Assembly (NCBI RefSeq): GCF_001458695.1
Contig: NZ_LN885086.1
Location: 450,001 to 482,000 of the forward strand
Origin: Candidatus Nitrospira inopinata
GTDB lineage: Bacteria > Nitrospirota > Nitrospiria > Nitrospirales > Nitrospiraceae
Direction of reading: 5' to 3'
DNA length: 32,000 nt
Both the position numbers and the translations under genes were made by a program. Shown one piece after another: positions 1-8,082 of the stretch; within the stretch, counting starts at the first letter, position 1; the number at the start of each line of letters is the position of its first letter. The notes beneath the pieces were generated by a model. It was given only the letters and a program-made list of their open reading frames with translations. It was not told where the DNA came from and searched no databases.

Positions 1-739
1 GCCGAGCAAGGAACGTGACGGTCCGTTCGGTGTCGGGCTGGAGGGAGGAGGGGACGCACGTCAGACGCAGGACTCCGCCTTCGTGCAGGTTGTGCGCTGC
101 AGGGTATGTGCGACATTCGCCGTCATGCCCCCGAACAACGAGGACCGACACCTCGCGCTCAAATGTCACCAATTGTTCGAGAATCCACTTGGAGCACGAG
201 GGTTTCGTTTGTTGTAATTCATGGGCAACCCTTTCGATTTCGGCCGGCTGGCGGATGATCCATTGCCCTTTTCCATCATAGCCGGACCTCACGGTTTTGC
301 ACACGGCCGGCAGACCGATCTGTTTCACGGCTTCGGCCAGTTGCGTCGGTGAATCCAGGGCGACAAAATCCGGAACCGGCAGAGAGACGGCCGAGAGGAA
401 CTGTTTTTGTGAGATTCGATCTTGAATGATGCGGAGGACTGCCGACGACGGCCTGACCGGATGGCTCTGCTCGAACCGCTCACACAGGTCGGCGGGGACA
501 TTTTCCCATTCGAACGTGATCGCGTGGACAAAACGGGAAAAGGCCTCGAAACTCTGAGAATCGGAGAAAGAGGAAACGAACGATCGGTCCGCGACGGCAT
601 GAGCCGGTGCGTCGGGATCGGGATCCCACACGGCAACGCGATAACCCATTCGCCGCGCCGCGCCGGCGAACATCGCCCCCAACTGCCCGCCGCCTAATAC
701 GCCGAGAACCGAGCCTGGTTCGAGAATCGCCTGCGCCAT
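1..739 (-). CDS. purK: N5-carboxyaminoimidazole ribonucleotide synthase PurK (ATP-grasp), truncated by the window edge
   Basis: Absent from the ORF track because the frame runs off the window. My minus-strand translation from the ATG (complement of 737-739) reads MAQAILEPGSVLGVLGGGQLGAMFAGAARRMGYRVAVWDPDPDAPAHAV...GLPAVCKTVRSGYDGKGQWII... It has the GGGQLG loop and the ATP-grasp core typical of PurK. It starts 10 nt downstream of purE on the same strand. Confidence 0.85.
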   Translation of the reverse strand, partial: MAQAILEPGSVLGVLGGGQLGAMFAGAARRMGYRVAVWDPDPDAPAHAVADRSFVSSFSDSQSFEAFSRFVHAITFEWENVPADLCERFEQSHPVRPSSAVLRIIQDRISQKQFLSAVSLPVPDFVALDSPTQLAEAVKQIGLPAVCKTVRSGYDGKGQWIIRQPAEIERVAHELQQTKPSCSKWILEQLVTFEREVSVLVVRGHDGECRTYPAAHNLHEGGVLRLTCVPSSLQPDTERTVTFLAR

Positions 740-749
740 GCCTGAATAA

Positions 750-1316
750 TCATTCACGGTGAGTTGAGGAAGAGAATGTCTTGGCTCCACCGGCCTCCGG
801 AGAATTGAGCACAGTCTCGGTCTGCCGATGCCTATACTGTTTGACTCGCTCGGCAATGTCCGGATATCGTCCGGCAAGAATTTGCGCCGCAAGCAATCCC
901 GCGTTTTCGCCTCCCCCAATCGCCACCGTCGCCACCGGAATTCCTCTCGGCATTTGAACAATGGACAACAAGGAATCAAGACCGCGCAGGTGCTCGGTTG
1001 GGATAGGGACACCAATGACGGGAAGATGAGTTTTGGCAGCGAGCATCCCCGGAAGATGAGCCGCCCCTCCGGCGCCGGCGATGATCACCTCAATGCCACG
1101 ATCAGCGGCCGAGGCAGCATATTCGAATAATCGATCCGGAGTGCGATGTGCCGAGACGACCAGCAATTCATAGGGGACATTCAGTTCAGTTAAGATCGCA
1201 CCGGCTTTTTCAAGGATTGGGAAGTCGGACTTGCTTCCTCCCAAGACTCCCACCAGAGGCTCCCGATCATCCGACAGAGAGCCGTCTTGAGAACGTCGTC
1301 TTGACTGCTGCTTCAT
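750..1316 (-). CDS. purE: N5-carboxyaminoimidazole ribonucleotide mutase PurE
   Basis: 188-aa ORF with an ATG start. It carries hallmark PurE segments: [46 protein letters not shown]. It lies directly upstream of purK. Confidence 0.95.
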   Translation of the reverse strand: MKQQSRRRSQDGSLSDDREPLVGVLGGSKSDFPILEKAGAILTELNVPYELLVVSAHRTPDRLFEYAASAADRGIEVIIAGAGGAAHLPGMLAAKTHLPVIGVPIPTEHLRGLDSLLSIVQMPRGIPVATVAIGGGENAGLLAAQILAGRYPDIAERVKQYRHRQTETVLNSPEAGGAKTFSSSTHRE

Positions 1317-1404
1317 AGCACTACTTTGTTCCAGAGATAGGTTTTTGGTCTATTGGACATGACTCTTGGGCATTGGAAAAGTGATTCTTTCATACGGAGT
1401 TCTC

Positions 1405-1433
1405 ACCTTAACGACTCATTCATGAAGGGTCAA
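1405..1433 (-). promoter_or_regulatory. Putative sigma70-type promoter for purE-purK
   Basis: The minus strand reads TTGACC-N17-TAAGGT (complement of 1428-1433 and 1405-1410), about 90 nt upstream of the purE ATG. Motif match by eye only. Confidence 0.3.
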
Positions 1434-1618
1434 GCTCTGAAAACCATGCCGGGCAAACGAACAATGTGCTGCTGGTCAGCGAATGTGAAGATGGATAAAA
1501 AAGCAGGCGGCAACTCGGGAGAGAGAATAGAACAGTCTCAGAGCTATCAATACCGGAGTTTTGTAGTAGGTTTTTTTGCGCCCCTATCACCCTAGCAGGG
1601 CAAACGTTATTCAAACTG

Positions 1619-1648
1619 GGGAGGGGAGCGCGCAAACGCTCCCCTCCC
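1619..1648 (-). terminator. GC-rich hairpin immediately after the HlyD-family gene; probable end of the operon
   Basis: A 12-bp perfect stem pairs GGGAGGGGAGCG (1619-1630) with CGCTCCCCTCCC (1637-1648), with a 6-nt loop. It begins 10 nt past the stop at 1658. On the minus strand it is followed by CAGTTTGAATAACGTTTG, which is only moderately T-rich. Confidence 0.45.
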
Positions 1649-1657
1649 TCTGCGAGA

Positions 1658-3100
1658 TTATTTAATACCTTGTCCCGTTGTTCTGGGCATGAACATTTCG
1701 AAGATGCTAGGTTCTCGCTCAGTATAATCAGGCGGGAAGAAGTTGAATCGCCGCCACAATTCATACCACAGCGGAACACGATTCAGAATGACCCAGCCCA
1801 AGACCTTCGTCCCTTGCCGAACCCGTGACTGGTCCGGCCATGGTTGAGAATCTTCCGGGTCCGGCACCACCCAAAATCTAAAATTGCCTTTGCCGTCGTC
1901 AATCTGATCGACGACTCGAATGATGCCGGTCCGAGTGCCCGCCATCAATTCAGGCCATGCCGGCAATGGAATCGCCGGAACCCCGAAGAAGAGAATTTTC
2001 ACCTTTCGCCCCGGCGTCAAGAGCGGGGCGTCCAATCCCTCGGCCCTCATTTCAATCGCAACGTCCTCCGCCTTGGGAGACAGTGTGACGAGCGTCTCTC
2101 CTTGCTTGACAGTTTCCATGATGCCGATCCTTGCCTGCCTGACCACGGTCCCATCCATCGTCGCATAAATCTTGGCCGCATCGATACGTTGTTGATTGTT
2201 CTGTAAGCGCACGGTCACATCCGCCAATTCATCCGCCGCCTTCGCGGCACTTGCAACAGCCTGGTCACGAGCTGCTTCCGCCTCTATCAACCGCTGCCAT
2301 ACCTCGGCGGAGACCTGATCTCGACCAAATGCCAATGCCGACCTTGCTTGTTCAGCAGCCTTGAGATTGGCCTGCGCGGCTTGCAGGGCGGCCTGGGCCG
2401 TCACCTCAGCTTGAATCGTCAACTCAAGTTCCCGTTGGGAAACCAAACCGTCCTTGACGAGCTGTCGGTGCCGATCGACGTTGAGCAGCGCTGTAGTCAA
2501 ATCGATTTTGGCCGCTTCAAGTTTTTGCTGGGCTTCACGCACTCTGTTCTCCGCCTCAACCACCCTCGCGTCGGCAGAAGGAACCGCGGCCTTGACTAAG
2601 TTCCTCATTTCTCCAATCCGCTTATTTAACTGCTCAGCTCTAGCCAGAGCCGCTTCCCGTTGCTGTTGCAGGGCGATCTTTCGCTGCTCCAACAGAGAAA
2701 TGAGTTCTGGCGCCATGAAATTCGGATCATAGTCTTCAAGCTCGGCGATGAGGTCGCCTTTCTTCACCGGCATGCCTTCATAGATGTGCCAGGCCTTCAG
2801 TCGACCGGTGATACGAGACTCTATGTTTTGCGGTCGTTCATATGGCGTGTACGCCGAGACTTTCCCCGTGGCGCTGATCGTCTGCGTCCACGGAACAAAC
2901 TCGACGATAATCAGTATTAGAAGAAGAATGGTTAACGTTACCCGCGATGAGCCGAGTAAACTTCTTGGCACCTTTACGGCCTGCCATGATGACATATTGG
3001 CCACACTGCCCATCATGTCGACATCAGCGGCCGCGATCCCTGGCCCCGGTTGTGATACCACAAGCGATCTTTCTTCTGAATTACCTTGTTGGCGAGCCAT
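1658..3100 (-). CDS. HlyD-family periplasmic adaptor (membrane fusion protein)
   Basis: 480 aa with an ATG start preceded by GGGAGG. It has a short cytoplasmic N-terminus and one TM helix (VTLTILLLILIIVEFV). A barrel-sandwich motif (ITGRLKAWHIYEGMPVKKGDLIAELED) is followed by a coiled-coil of about 200 aa rich in A/Q/E/R, then a C-terminal beta domain. This is the classic HlyD/T1SS adaptor architecture. Confidence 0.85.
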   Translation of the reverse strand: MARQQGNSEERSLVVSQPGPGIAAADVDMMGSVANMSSWQAVKVPRSLLGSSRVTLTILLLILIIVEFVPWTQTISATGKVSAYTPYERPQNIESRITGRLKAWHIYEGMPVKKGDLIAELEDYDPNFMAPELISLLEQRKIALQQQREAALARAEQLNKRIGEMRNLVKAAVPSADARVVEAENRVREAQQKLEAAKIDLTTALLNVDRHRQLVKDGLVSQRELELTIQAEVTAQAALQAAQANLKAAEQARSALAFGRDQVSAEVWQRLIEAEAARDQAVASAAKAADELADVTVRLQNNQQRIDAAKIYATMDGTVVRQARIGIMETVKQGETLVTLSPKAEDVAIEMRAEGLDAPLLTPGRKVKILFFGVPAIPLPAWPELMAGTRTGIIRVVDQIDDGKGNFRFWVVPDPEDSQPWPDQSRVRQGTKVLGWVILNRVPLWYELWRRFNFFPPDYTEREPSIFEMFMPRTTGQGIK

Positions 3101-3139
3101 GGAGCCTCCCTTAATTCGCTGTTACATGACAACGGTCAG

Positions 3140-4816
3140 TTACATATGGGCATGATGCAGCATCACACGGCGATCAGCATGATCCGTCAAGTTTGGATCA
3201 GTGGACACAAAAATCACCGACCAAGGTTCTTCTTTCGCACAGAGCCTGCGCAAGATTCTCTCTCGCAGCGATGGTTCTAGACTGTGAATGAGACCGTCGA
3301 AGATCAGAACTTGAGGTCGACCAAGAATAGCCCTCGCAAGAAGGATTTGGACGGCATGACTTGGAGAAATAGCTTCGCCCAGTTCCGAGATATCCGATTT
3401 GATGCCTTGAGGAAGAACATCGATATCTTCTTCGAGTTCTGTAAAACGGAGCGCCCATATAATGTCATCGTACGTAACGTAGGATCGTCCGAGCACGATG
3501 TTGTCTTCGATCGTCCCCTTCAGCAGAGAAAGCTGAGAATCGATCATGACGCTCCGACATTGGCTGAGGACGGTAGGATCGATGTATCGCAAATCAACCC
3601 CATTATATTGGACAACTCCGCTGGTCGGAGCCTCCAACCCGCCCAACACCCTGGCCAACGCCGTTTTTGCCGTGGTGGTACGAGCATAGATCCCAAGCTT
3701 TTCCCCCGGAGCAACATCCAAATTGAAACTATCAAACACAGGCGCTCCGTCATGAACCAGTCCCACGCTTTTACAGGTAACGCGAATCCCCTCATTCAGA
3801 TGTGAGGGCAATGCGACCGTCGACGCAGCGGGAAGCGGATCCCGCTGAAGTGAGAAGAAATCGCTCAGTTCCATGACGGCCGTAAAGAAATAATACACGT
3901 GGCCCATGTTTTTGATCAGTGAGTCAAAATTCAGCACTAACGCGCCAACCACCACTTCGGCGGCCACTAACTGACCGAGAGTCATTTGCCCCTGCGCCAT
4001 CAGCCACCCGGCGAGCGCGAGCGCACCGGCTTGCGCGACTGCTTGCCCGGAGACAGAACCGATGTACTGGCGCAACAAGACCCGAATTCTCGCCTTTCGA
4101 GTTTCGGTGTAGCGGTTAATAAGCTGGTCGGTCTTCTGCATGATCCAGGCGGAACTGTCCGTGGCCTTTAACTGCAAGACATTGCGCGAAATATCCTGCA
4201 TCCAATCGAAGACTTCATACTTGGCCTCGGCCATATCCATCGTCGTCCGCAACGCGCCACGGGAAAGAACAAAAAAGGTGATGGCGAAGCCGACCATCAG
4301 CAGCATGTCGTACACAAGAAAATAGGGGTGATAAATCACCAGCAGGGCCATGCCCACCGTCCCACCCACGACGACATTCACCAAGTCGATGAGGAGCGTG
4401 GACAAGGCACGTTGCATGAACACGATCTCAATAAAGCGATTGGCCGCTTCCGGCCTAAAGCCTTGGAAGCGATAGCGTGGAAGCTGTTGAGCCATGGCAA
4501 TGGCCACCCGAGCAAAGATCCGCCGCTGCACGATTTCAACCGCGTAGAAGTGAAACGTCTTGAACATGCCGACGAATAGCAAGACCGCCAGCATGATGCC
4601 GGTCAATGTCCAAATCATCACGGGCTGAACGGCATAGGAGAAGGTGCTGACGAGTTCTTGAACCGTTAAGGGAACAATAAGGGAGAACAGTCCGATCGCG
4701 AGAGCGTAGGCCAGGATGACGGTGAGCAATTTTTTCTCGACACGCGACCCTACAGAGAGCTGTCTCATCAGTGCTTGAAACAAGTTCGGATAGCTTGAAC
4801 CGTAAAGCTCTTTCAT
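3140..4816 (-). CDS. ABC exporter-fold protein (6-TM domain plus C-terminal NBD) with degenerate ATPase motifs
   Basis: The tracked ORF is 3140-4822 (GTG). I prefer the ATG at 4816 because AGGGGG lies 5 nt upstream. The N-terminal roughly 320 aa contain multiple hydrophobic helices typical of ABC_membrane. The C-terminal roughly 220 aa align by eye to HlyB-type NBDs, but the Walker A, signature, Walker B and H-loop positions are all altered (see findings). There is no N-terminal C39 peptidase or CLD domain. Confidence 0.8.
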   Translation of the reverse strand: MKELYGSSYPNLFQALMRQLSVGSRVEKKLLTVILAYALAIGLFSLIVPLTVQELVSTFSYAVQPVMIWTLTGIMLAVLLFVGMFKTFHFYAVEIVQRRIFARVAIAMAQQLPRYRFQGFRPEAANRFIEIVFMQRALSTLLIDLVNVVVGGTVGMALLVIYHPYFLVYDMLLMVGFAITFFVLSRGALRTTMDMAEAKYEVFDWMQDISRNVLQLKATDSSAWIMQKTDQLINRYTETRKARIRVLLRQYIGSVSGQAVAQAGALALAGWLMAQGQMTLGQLVAAEVVVGALVLNFDSLIKNMGHVYYFFTAVMELSDFFSLQRDPLPAASTVALPSHLNEGIRVTCKSVGLVHDGAPVFDSFNLDVAPGEKLGIYARTTTAKTALARVLGGLEAPTSGVVQYNGVDLRYIDPTVLSQCRSVMIDSQLSLLKGTIEDNIVLGRSYVTYDDIIWALRFTELEEDIDVLPQGIKSDISELGEAISPSHAVQILLARAILGRPQVLIFDGLIHSLEPSLRERILRRLCAKEEPWSVIFVSTDPNLTDHADRRVMLHHAHM

Positions 4817-4868
4817 GAACACCCCCTGTGATTTAAAAATGAGGGATCGGCCTTACCCTCCGGACCCC

Positions 4869-6467
4869 TTAATCACGTCCCTGCAGCTTTCGGCCTGACA
4901 AACCGGCCGCGGTGGCAGGATCACCGTACTTTACCAAAATATTATCGGGCACAGGCTTCGACAGCGCCCCCTTGGCCCACAAATAGCCGCCCCGTGCCAG
5001 GTCGTAATCATATTGTGCTTGATACAGCTCGTAGGCGGCCTCGACGGCGTTTCGCTCCCGTAGATTCACGAACAAGAGACTGGTGATACCCATGTCGAAT
5101 CGCTTCTGCTCACCGGCCAACAGGGTTTGCGCCAATTGATACGCTTCCTTAGCAGCCCTCACGCGGTCCCTGGCCCGCACGATGGCGGATACCCAGTTAT
5201 CAACGTCGAGGCTGACTTTTTGTTCGGCATTCCACAGGTCATACGTCAGTCGTTCTTGCTCGGCCTCTGCATGGGCCACCTTGCCACGGGCTTCCCGGTT
5301 GAACAACGGCATGCTGAGTACGGTTCCCACCCGGTAGCCAAATCCTCCTATCCAATAGATACCGCCGGTCGAACGTCCTCCTTCCAAAGTCAGTTTGGGA
5401 AGCAGTTTGTTCTTGGCCAACTTGAGATCAATGTTATTCATCCTGACGTCGATTGCCAGTTTCCGCACTTCCGGCCGATCTTCCTTGGCGGACACTTTCG
5501 CCTCGACGATTTCGTCTTCGGTCGGCAAGGGTGTTTCCCCCCCAAACTCCGGCGCCCACTCGGGGAGAGGCGTGATTGGTTCCTCCTTCTCCCAAAGGAA
5601 TAGAGACAGTTTGTACTGTTCATATTCCAATTTTCGCTGAGCGGCAATGGCGGCCTCTCGGCGCCGCTGGGCTTCTTGACCAGCTTCCACCACATCCAGT
5701 GGCGAGACCAATCCCGCCTTGGCTTGTCCTTCAATGAAAGCCAGCCGATCCTCTGCAACCCGCAACGCCTGTTTTTGAACATCAGCCTGCTTGACCGCAA
5801 GCTGCCAGTCCCAGTACTGTACGGCCCCGGCCAAGAAGAGATCTTGCCGAGTCTGAGCCACTTTCACCTCGGCCAGCGGCCCCGCGAGTTCGGCCTGCTG
5901 AAACTCAGCAAACTCATCGTTGATCATGAAGCCGCGCAGGAGATTGAATTCTCCACCAAAGATGGCCATTTGATTTGGGTAAAAAAGTTCGAGATCCTCA
6001 GGGAACGCCACAGGCCCTCCATGGGGAACACGAAAGATCGCCCCTGAGCTCGAAATCGTGGCCCGATCCCCAAAGCCATGGCGGATGCCGCCGAAAATAT
6101 TGAACCCATAGGGGTGCCCGACCTTGAGCATCGTATCGCTATAACCTCCCGTCAAGGTATTGGGCACACCTTGAACGTTCGTCAGATTCCACGTTTGAAA
6201 TCGGTCGACCTCAACCTCATTCTTTAGCTTTGGCTCCCACGCGCTCAACGCTTTCAGGACCTTTGCTCGAGCCTGCGCCCGCTCCAATCCGGTTGCGCGG
6301 ATCAGCGGGTGGGTCAACTCAATTCTGGCCAGCACCTCTTCAATGGTCAGCGGAGCGGTTCGCATCGGAGCCTGCCTCGATGATCCCATGGCCGTTGGGG
6401 CCTCAGCCAGGACGGTCACTGGTATCCAGACCAACGAGACTAACAACACTACCAACAAAGCGATCAC
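4869..6467 (-). CDS. TolC-family outer-membrane channel protein, paralog 1
   Basis: 532 aa with a GTG start preceded by GGGAG. The signal peptide MIALLVVLLVSLVWIPVTVLA/EAP contains no lipobox Cys. There are two long helical repeats rich in A/Q/E/R separated by short beta segments, as in the outer-membrane efflux protein family. It is about 60-70% identical by eye to the two upstream paralogs. Confidence 0.85.
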   Translation of the reverse strand: MIALLVVLLVSLVWIPVTVLAEAPTAMGSSRQAPMRTAPLTIEEVLARIELTHPLIRATGLERAQARAKVLKALSAWEPKLKNEVEVDRFQTWNLTNVQGVPNTLTGGYSDTMLKVGHPYGFNIFGGIRHGFGDRATISSSGAIFRVPHGGPVAFPEDLELFYPNQMAIFGGEFNLLRGFMINDEFAEFQQAELAGPLAEVKVAQTRQDLFLAGAVQYWDWQLAVKQADVQKQALRVAEDRLAFIEGQAKAGLVSPLDVVEAGQEAQRRREAAIAAQRKLEYEQYKLSLFLWEKEEPITPLPEWAPEFGGETPLPTEDEIVEAKVSAKEDRPEVRKLAIDVRMNNIDLKLAKNKLLPKLTLEGGRSTGGIYWIGGFGYRVGTVLSMPLFNREARGKVAHAEAEQERLTYDLWNAEQKVSLDVDNWVSAIVRARDRVRAAKEAYQLAQTLLAGEQKRFDMGITSLLFVNLRERNAVEAAYELYQAQYDYDLARGGYLWAKGALSKPVPDNILVKYGDPATAAGLSGRKLQGRD

Positions 6468-6491
6468 GAAGGATACTCCCTTGTTGTCGAA

Positions 6492-8057
6492 TTAATCGCG
6501 TCCAGACTTTTTGTAACCGTTCTTTCCTGCCGCCGTCAGAGGATCTCCATATTTCGCCAACACCACATCCCCTACCGGCTTCGACAAAGCCCCCCTCGCC
6601 AAGAGAAGGCCGCCCCGCGCCAAATCGTAATCGTACCGCGCTTGATAGAGTTCAAATGCCGCCTCAACGGCATTCTGTTCTCGCATATTCACAAATAAAA
6701 TACTGGAGATTCCCATATCGAATCGTTTCCTCTCTCCCTCTTCCAGCGCCTTGGCCAATCGGTAGGCTTCCGTCGCCGCCCTCACGCGGTCCCTGGCCCG
6801 CACAATGGCCGAGAGCCAGTTGTCCACATCGATGCTCACTTGCTGTTCAGCATACACTTGGCTCAAGACCAACTGTTGTTGCTCCGCCTCCGCATACAGA
6901 ACCTTCCCCCGGCCCTCCCGTTGGAAGAGCGGCATAGCAAACTGTGTCGCATAGCGATATCCCACGCCTACGATCCAGTCCGCAGGCGCATCCATTCGCC
7001 CTCCCTCAAAATCAAACTTGGGAAGCAAGTAGTTCTTAGCAAGTTTGAGATCGATGTTGTTCATCTTGGCTTCAATGTACAGGGCCCGCACCTCCGGCCG
7101 ATCTTCCTTCGCCTCCACTTTATAGGCTGCAATCTCTTCCTCGGTCGGCAGCGGCGTTTCGCCCTGAAATTCAGGCGCCCACTCCGGTCTCGGCGTCACA
7201 GGCTCGCCGTTCTCCCAGAGAAACAGCGACAATTTGTACTGCTCAAGCTCCACCTTCCGTTGCGCGGCTATGGCCGCCTCCCGCCGGCGTTGAACTTCCT
7301 GACCGATCTCGACCACATCGAGCGGCGACACCTTGCCCGCCTTGGCCTGCCCCTCAATCTGCTCAAAGCGAGCTTCCGCCACCGCCAAATTCTGCTTCCG
7401 CACCTCGGCCTGCTTGACCGCAAGTTGCCAATCCCAATACTGAATGGCGCCTGCGAGGTAGAGATCCTGCCGTTTCTGCGCTACCTTCACCTCCGCGAGT
7501 GGTCCCGCCAATTCGGCCTGCTGGAACTCGGCGTACTCATCATTGACCATCAACCCGCGCAGCAGATGGACAGAGCCACCCACAATAATCTGTTGCTGAG
7601 GATAGAAAAGCTGGAGATCAGGAATGAGCGCAACCGTCCCTCCCGATTGAGGAGGGGTCCCGACTATGCTGCGATCTCCAAAGCCGTTGCGGATGCCGCC
7701 CAGAATTCGGAAGCCCCAAGGGTGCCCCACTTCCAGCTTGGTATCGTTAAATCCTCCCGTCGAAACATGATCGTAAGCCAAGAAGTTCCAAATTTGGATG
7801 CGCGCGGTTTCTGTAATGTTCTTAACTGTCGGCTCCCATGCCCCGAGCGCCTTCAAGATTTTTGCCCGGGCCTGCTTCCGTTCAACTCCGGTCGCTCGAA
7901 GCAGGGGATGGGTCAACTCGATTCTGGCAAGGACTTCTTCGATAGTAAGCGGAGCAGTGCGCGTCTGCTGAAGCCGCACGATTCCTCCGTCTCCCCCCGA
8001 TTCCGCCAGCGTCACCACCGGAGACAAGATGAAAATCGCGAAAAAGAGAGCGATCAT
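6492..8057 (-). CDS. TolC-family outer-membrane channel protein, paralog 2
   Basis: The tracked ORF 6492-8111 overlaps the stop of paralog 3. I place the start at the ATG at 8057 (MIALFFAIFILSPVVTLA/ESG), by analogy with the MIAL N-termini of the other two copies and a GAAGG motif upstream. The domain pattern matches paralog 1. Confidence 0.85.
   Translation of the reverse strand: MIALFFAIFILSPVVTLAESGGDGGIVRLQQTRTAPLTIEEVLARIELTHPLLRATGVERKQARAKILKALGAWEPTVKNITETARIQIWNFLAYDHVSTGGFNDTKLEVGHPWGFRILGGIRNGFGDRSIVGTPPQSGGTVALIPDLQLFYPQQQIIVGGSVHLLRGLMVNDEYAEFQQAELAGPLAEVKVAQKRQDLYLAGAIQYWDWQLAVKQAEVRKQNLAVAEARFEQIEGQAKAGKVSPLDVVEIGQEVQRRREAAIAAQRKVELEQYKLSLFLWENGEPVTPRPEWAPEFQGETPLPTEEEIAAYKVEAKEDRPEVRALYIEAKMNNIDLKLAKNYLLPKFDFEGGRMDAPADWIVGVGYRYATQFAMPLFQREGRGKVLYAEAEQQQLVLSQVYAEQQVSIDVDNWLSAIVRARDRVRAATEAYRLAKALEEGERKRFDMGISSILFVNMREQNAVEAAFELYQARYDYDLARGGLLLARGALSKPVGDVVLAKYGDPLTAAGKNGYKKSGRD
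7045..7361 (-). repeat. 317-bp tract in TolC paralog 2, 316/317 identical to 8636-8952
   Basis: Direct comparison of the two stretches at a 1591-nt offset finds one mismatch (7253 C versus 8844 T). Flanking coding DNA of the same paralogs is only about 75-80% identical. Confidence 0.9.
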
Positions 8058-8082
8058 ATAATACGCCTTCGTTGCGGAATGA

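Noticed and set aside
1317-1617. Possible purine riboswitch or leader upstream of purE
   Set aside because: I could not find the conserved purine-riboswitch junction and loop motifs on the minus strand. Only a promoter-like TTGACC-N17-TAAGGT element is visible. A covariance-model scan would be needed to be certain.
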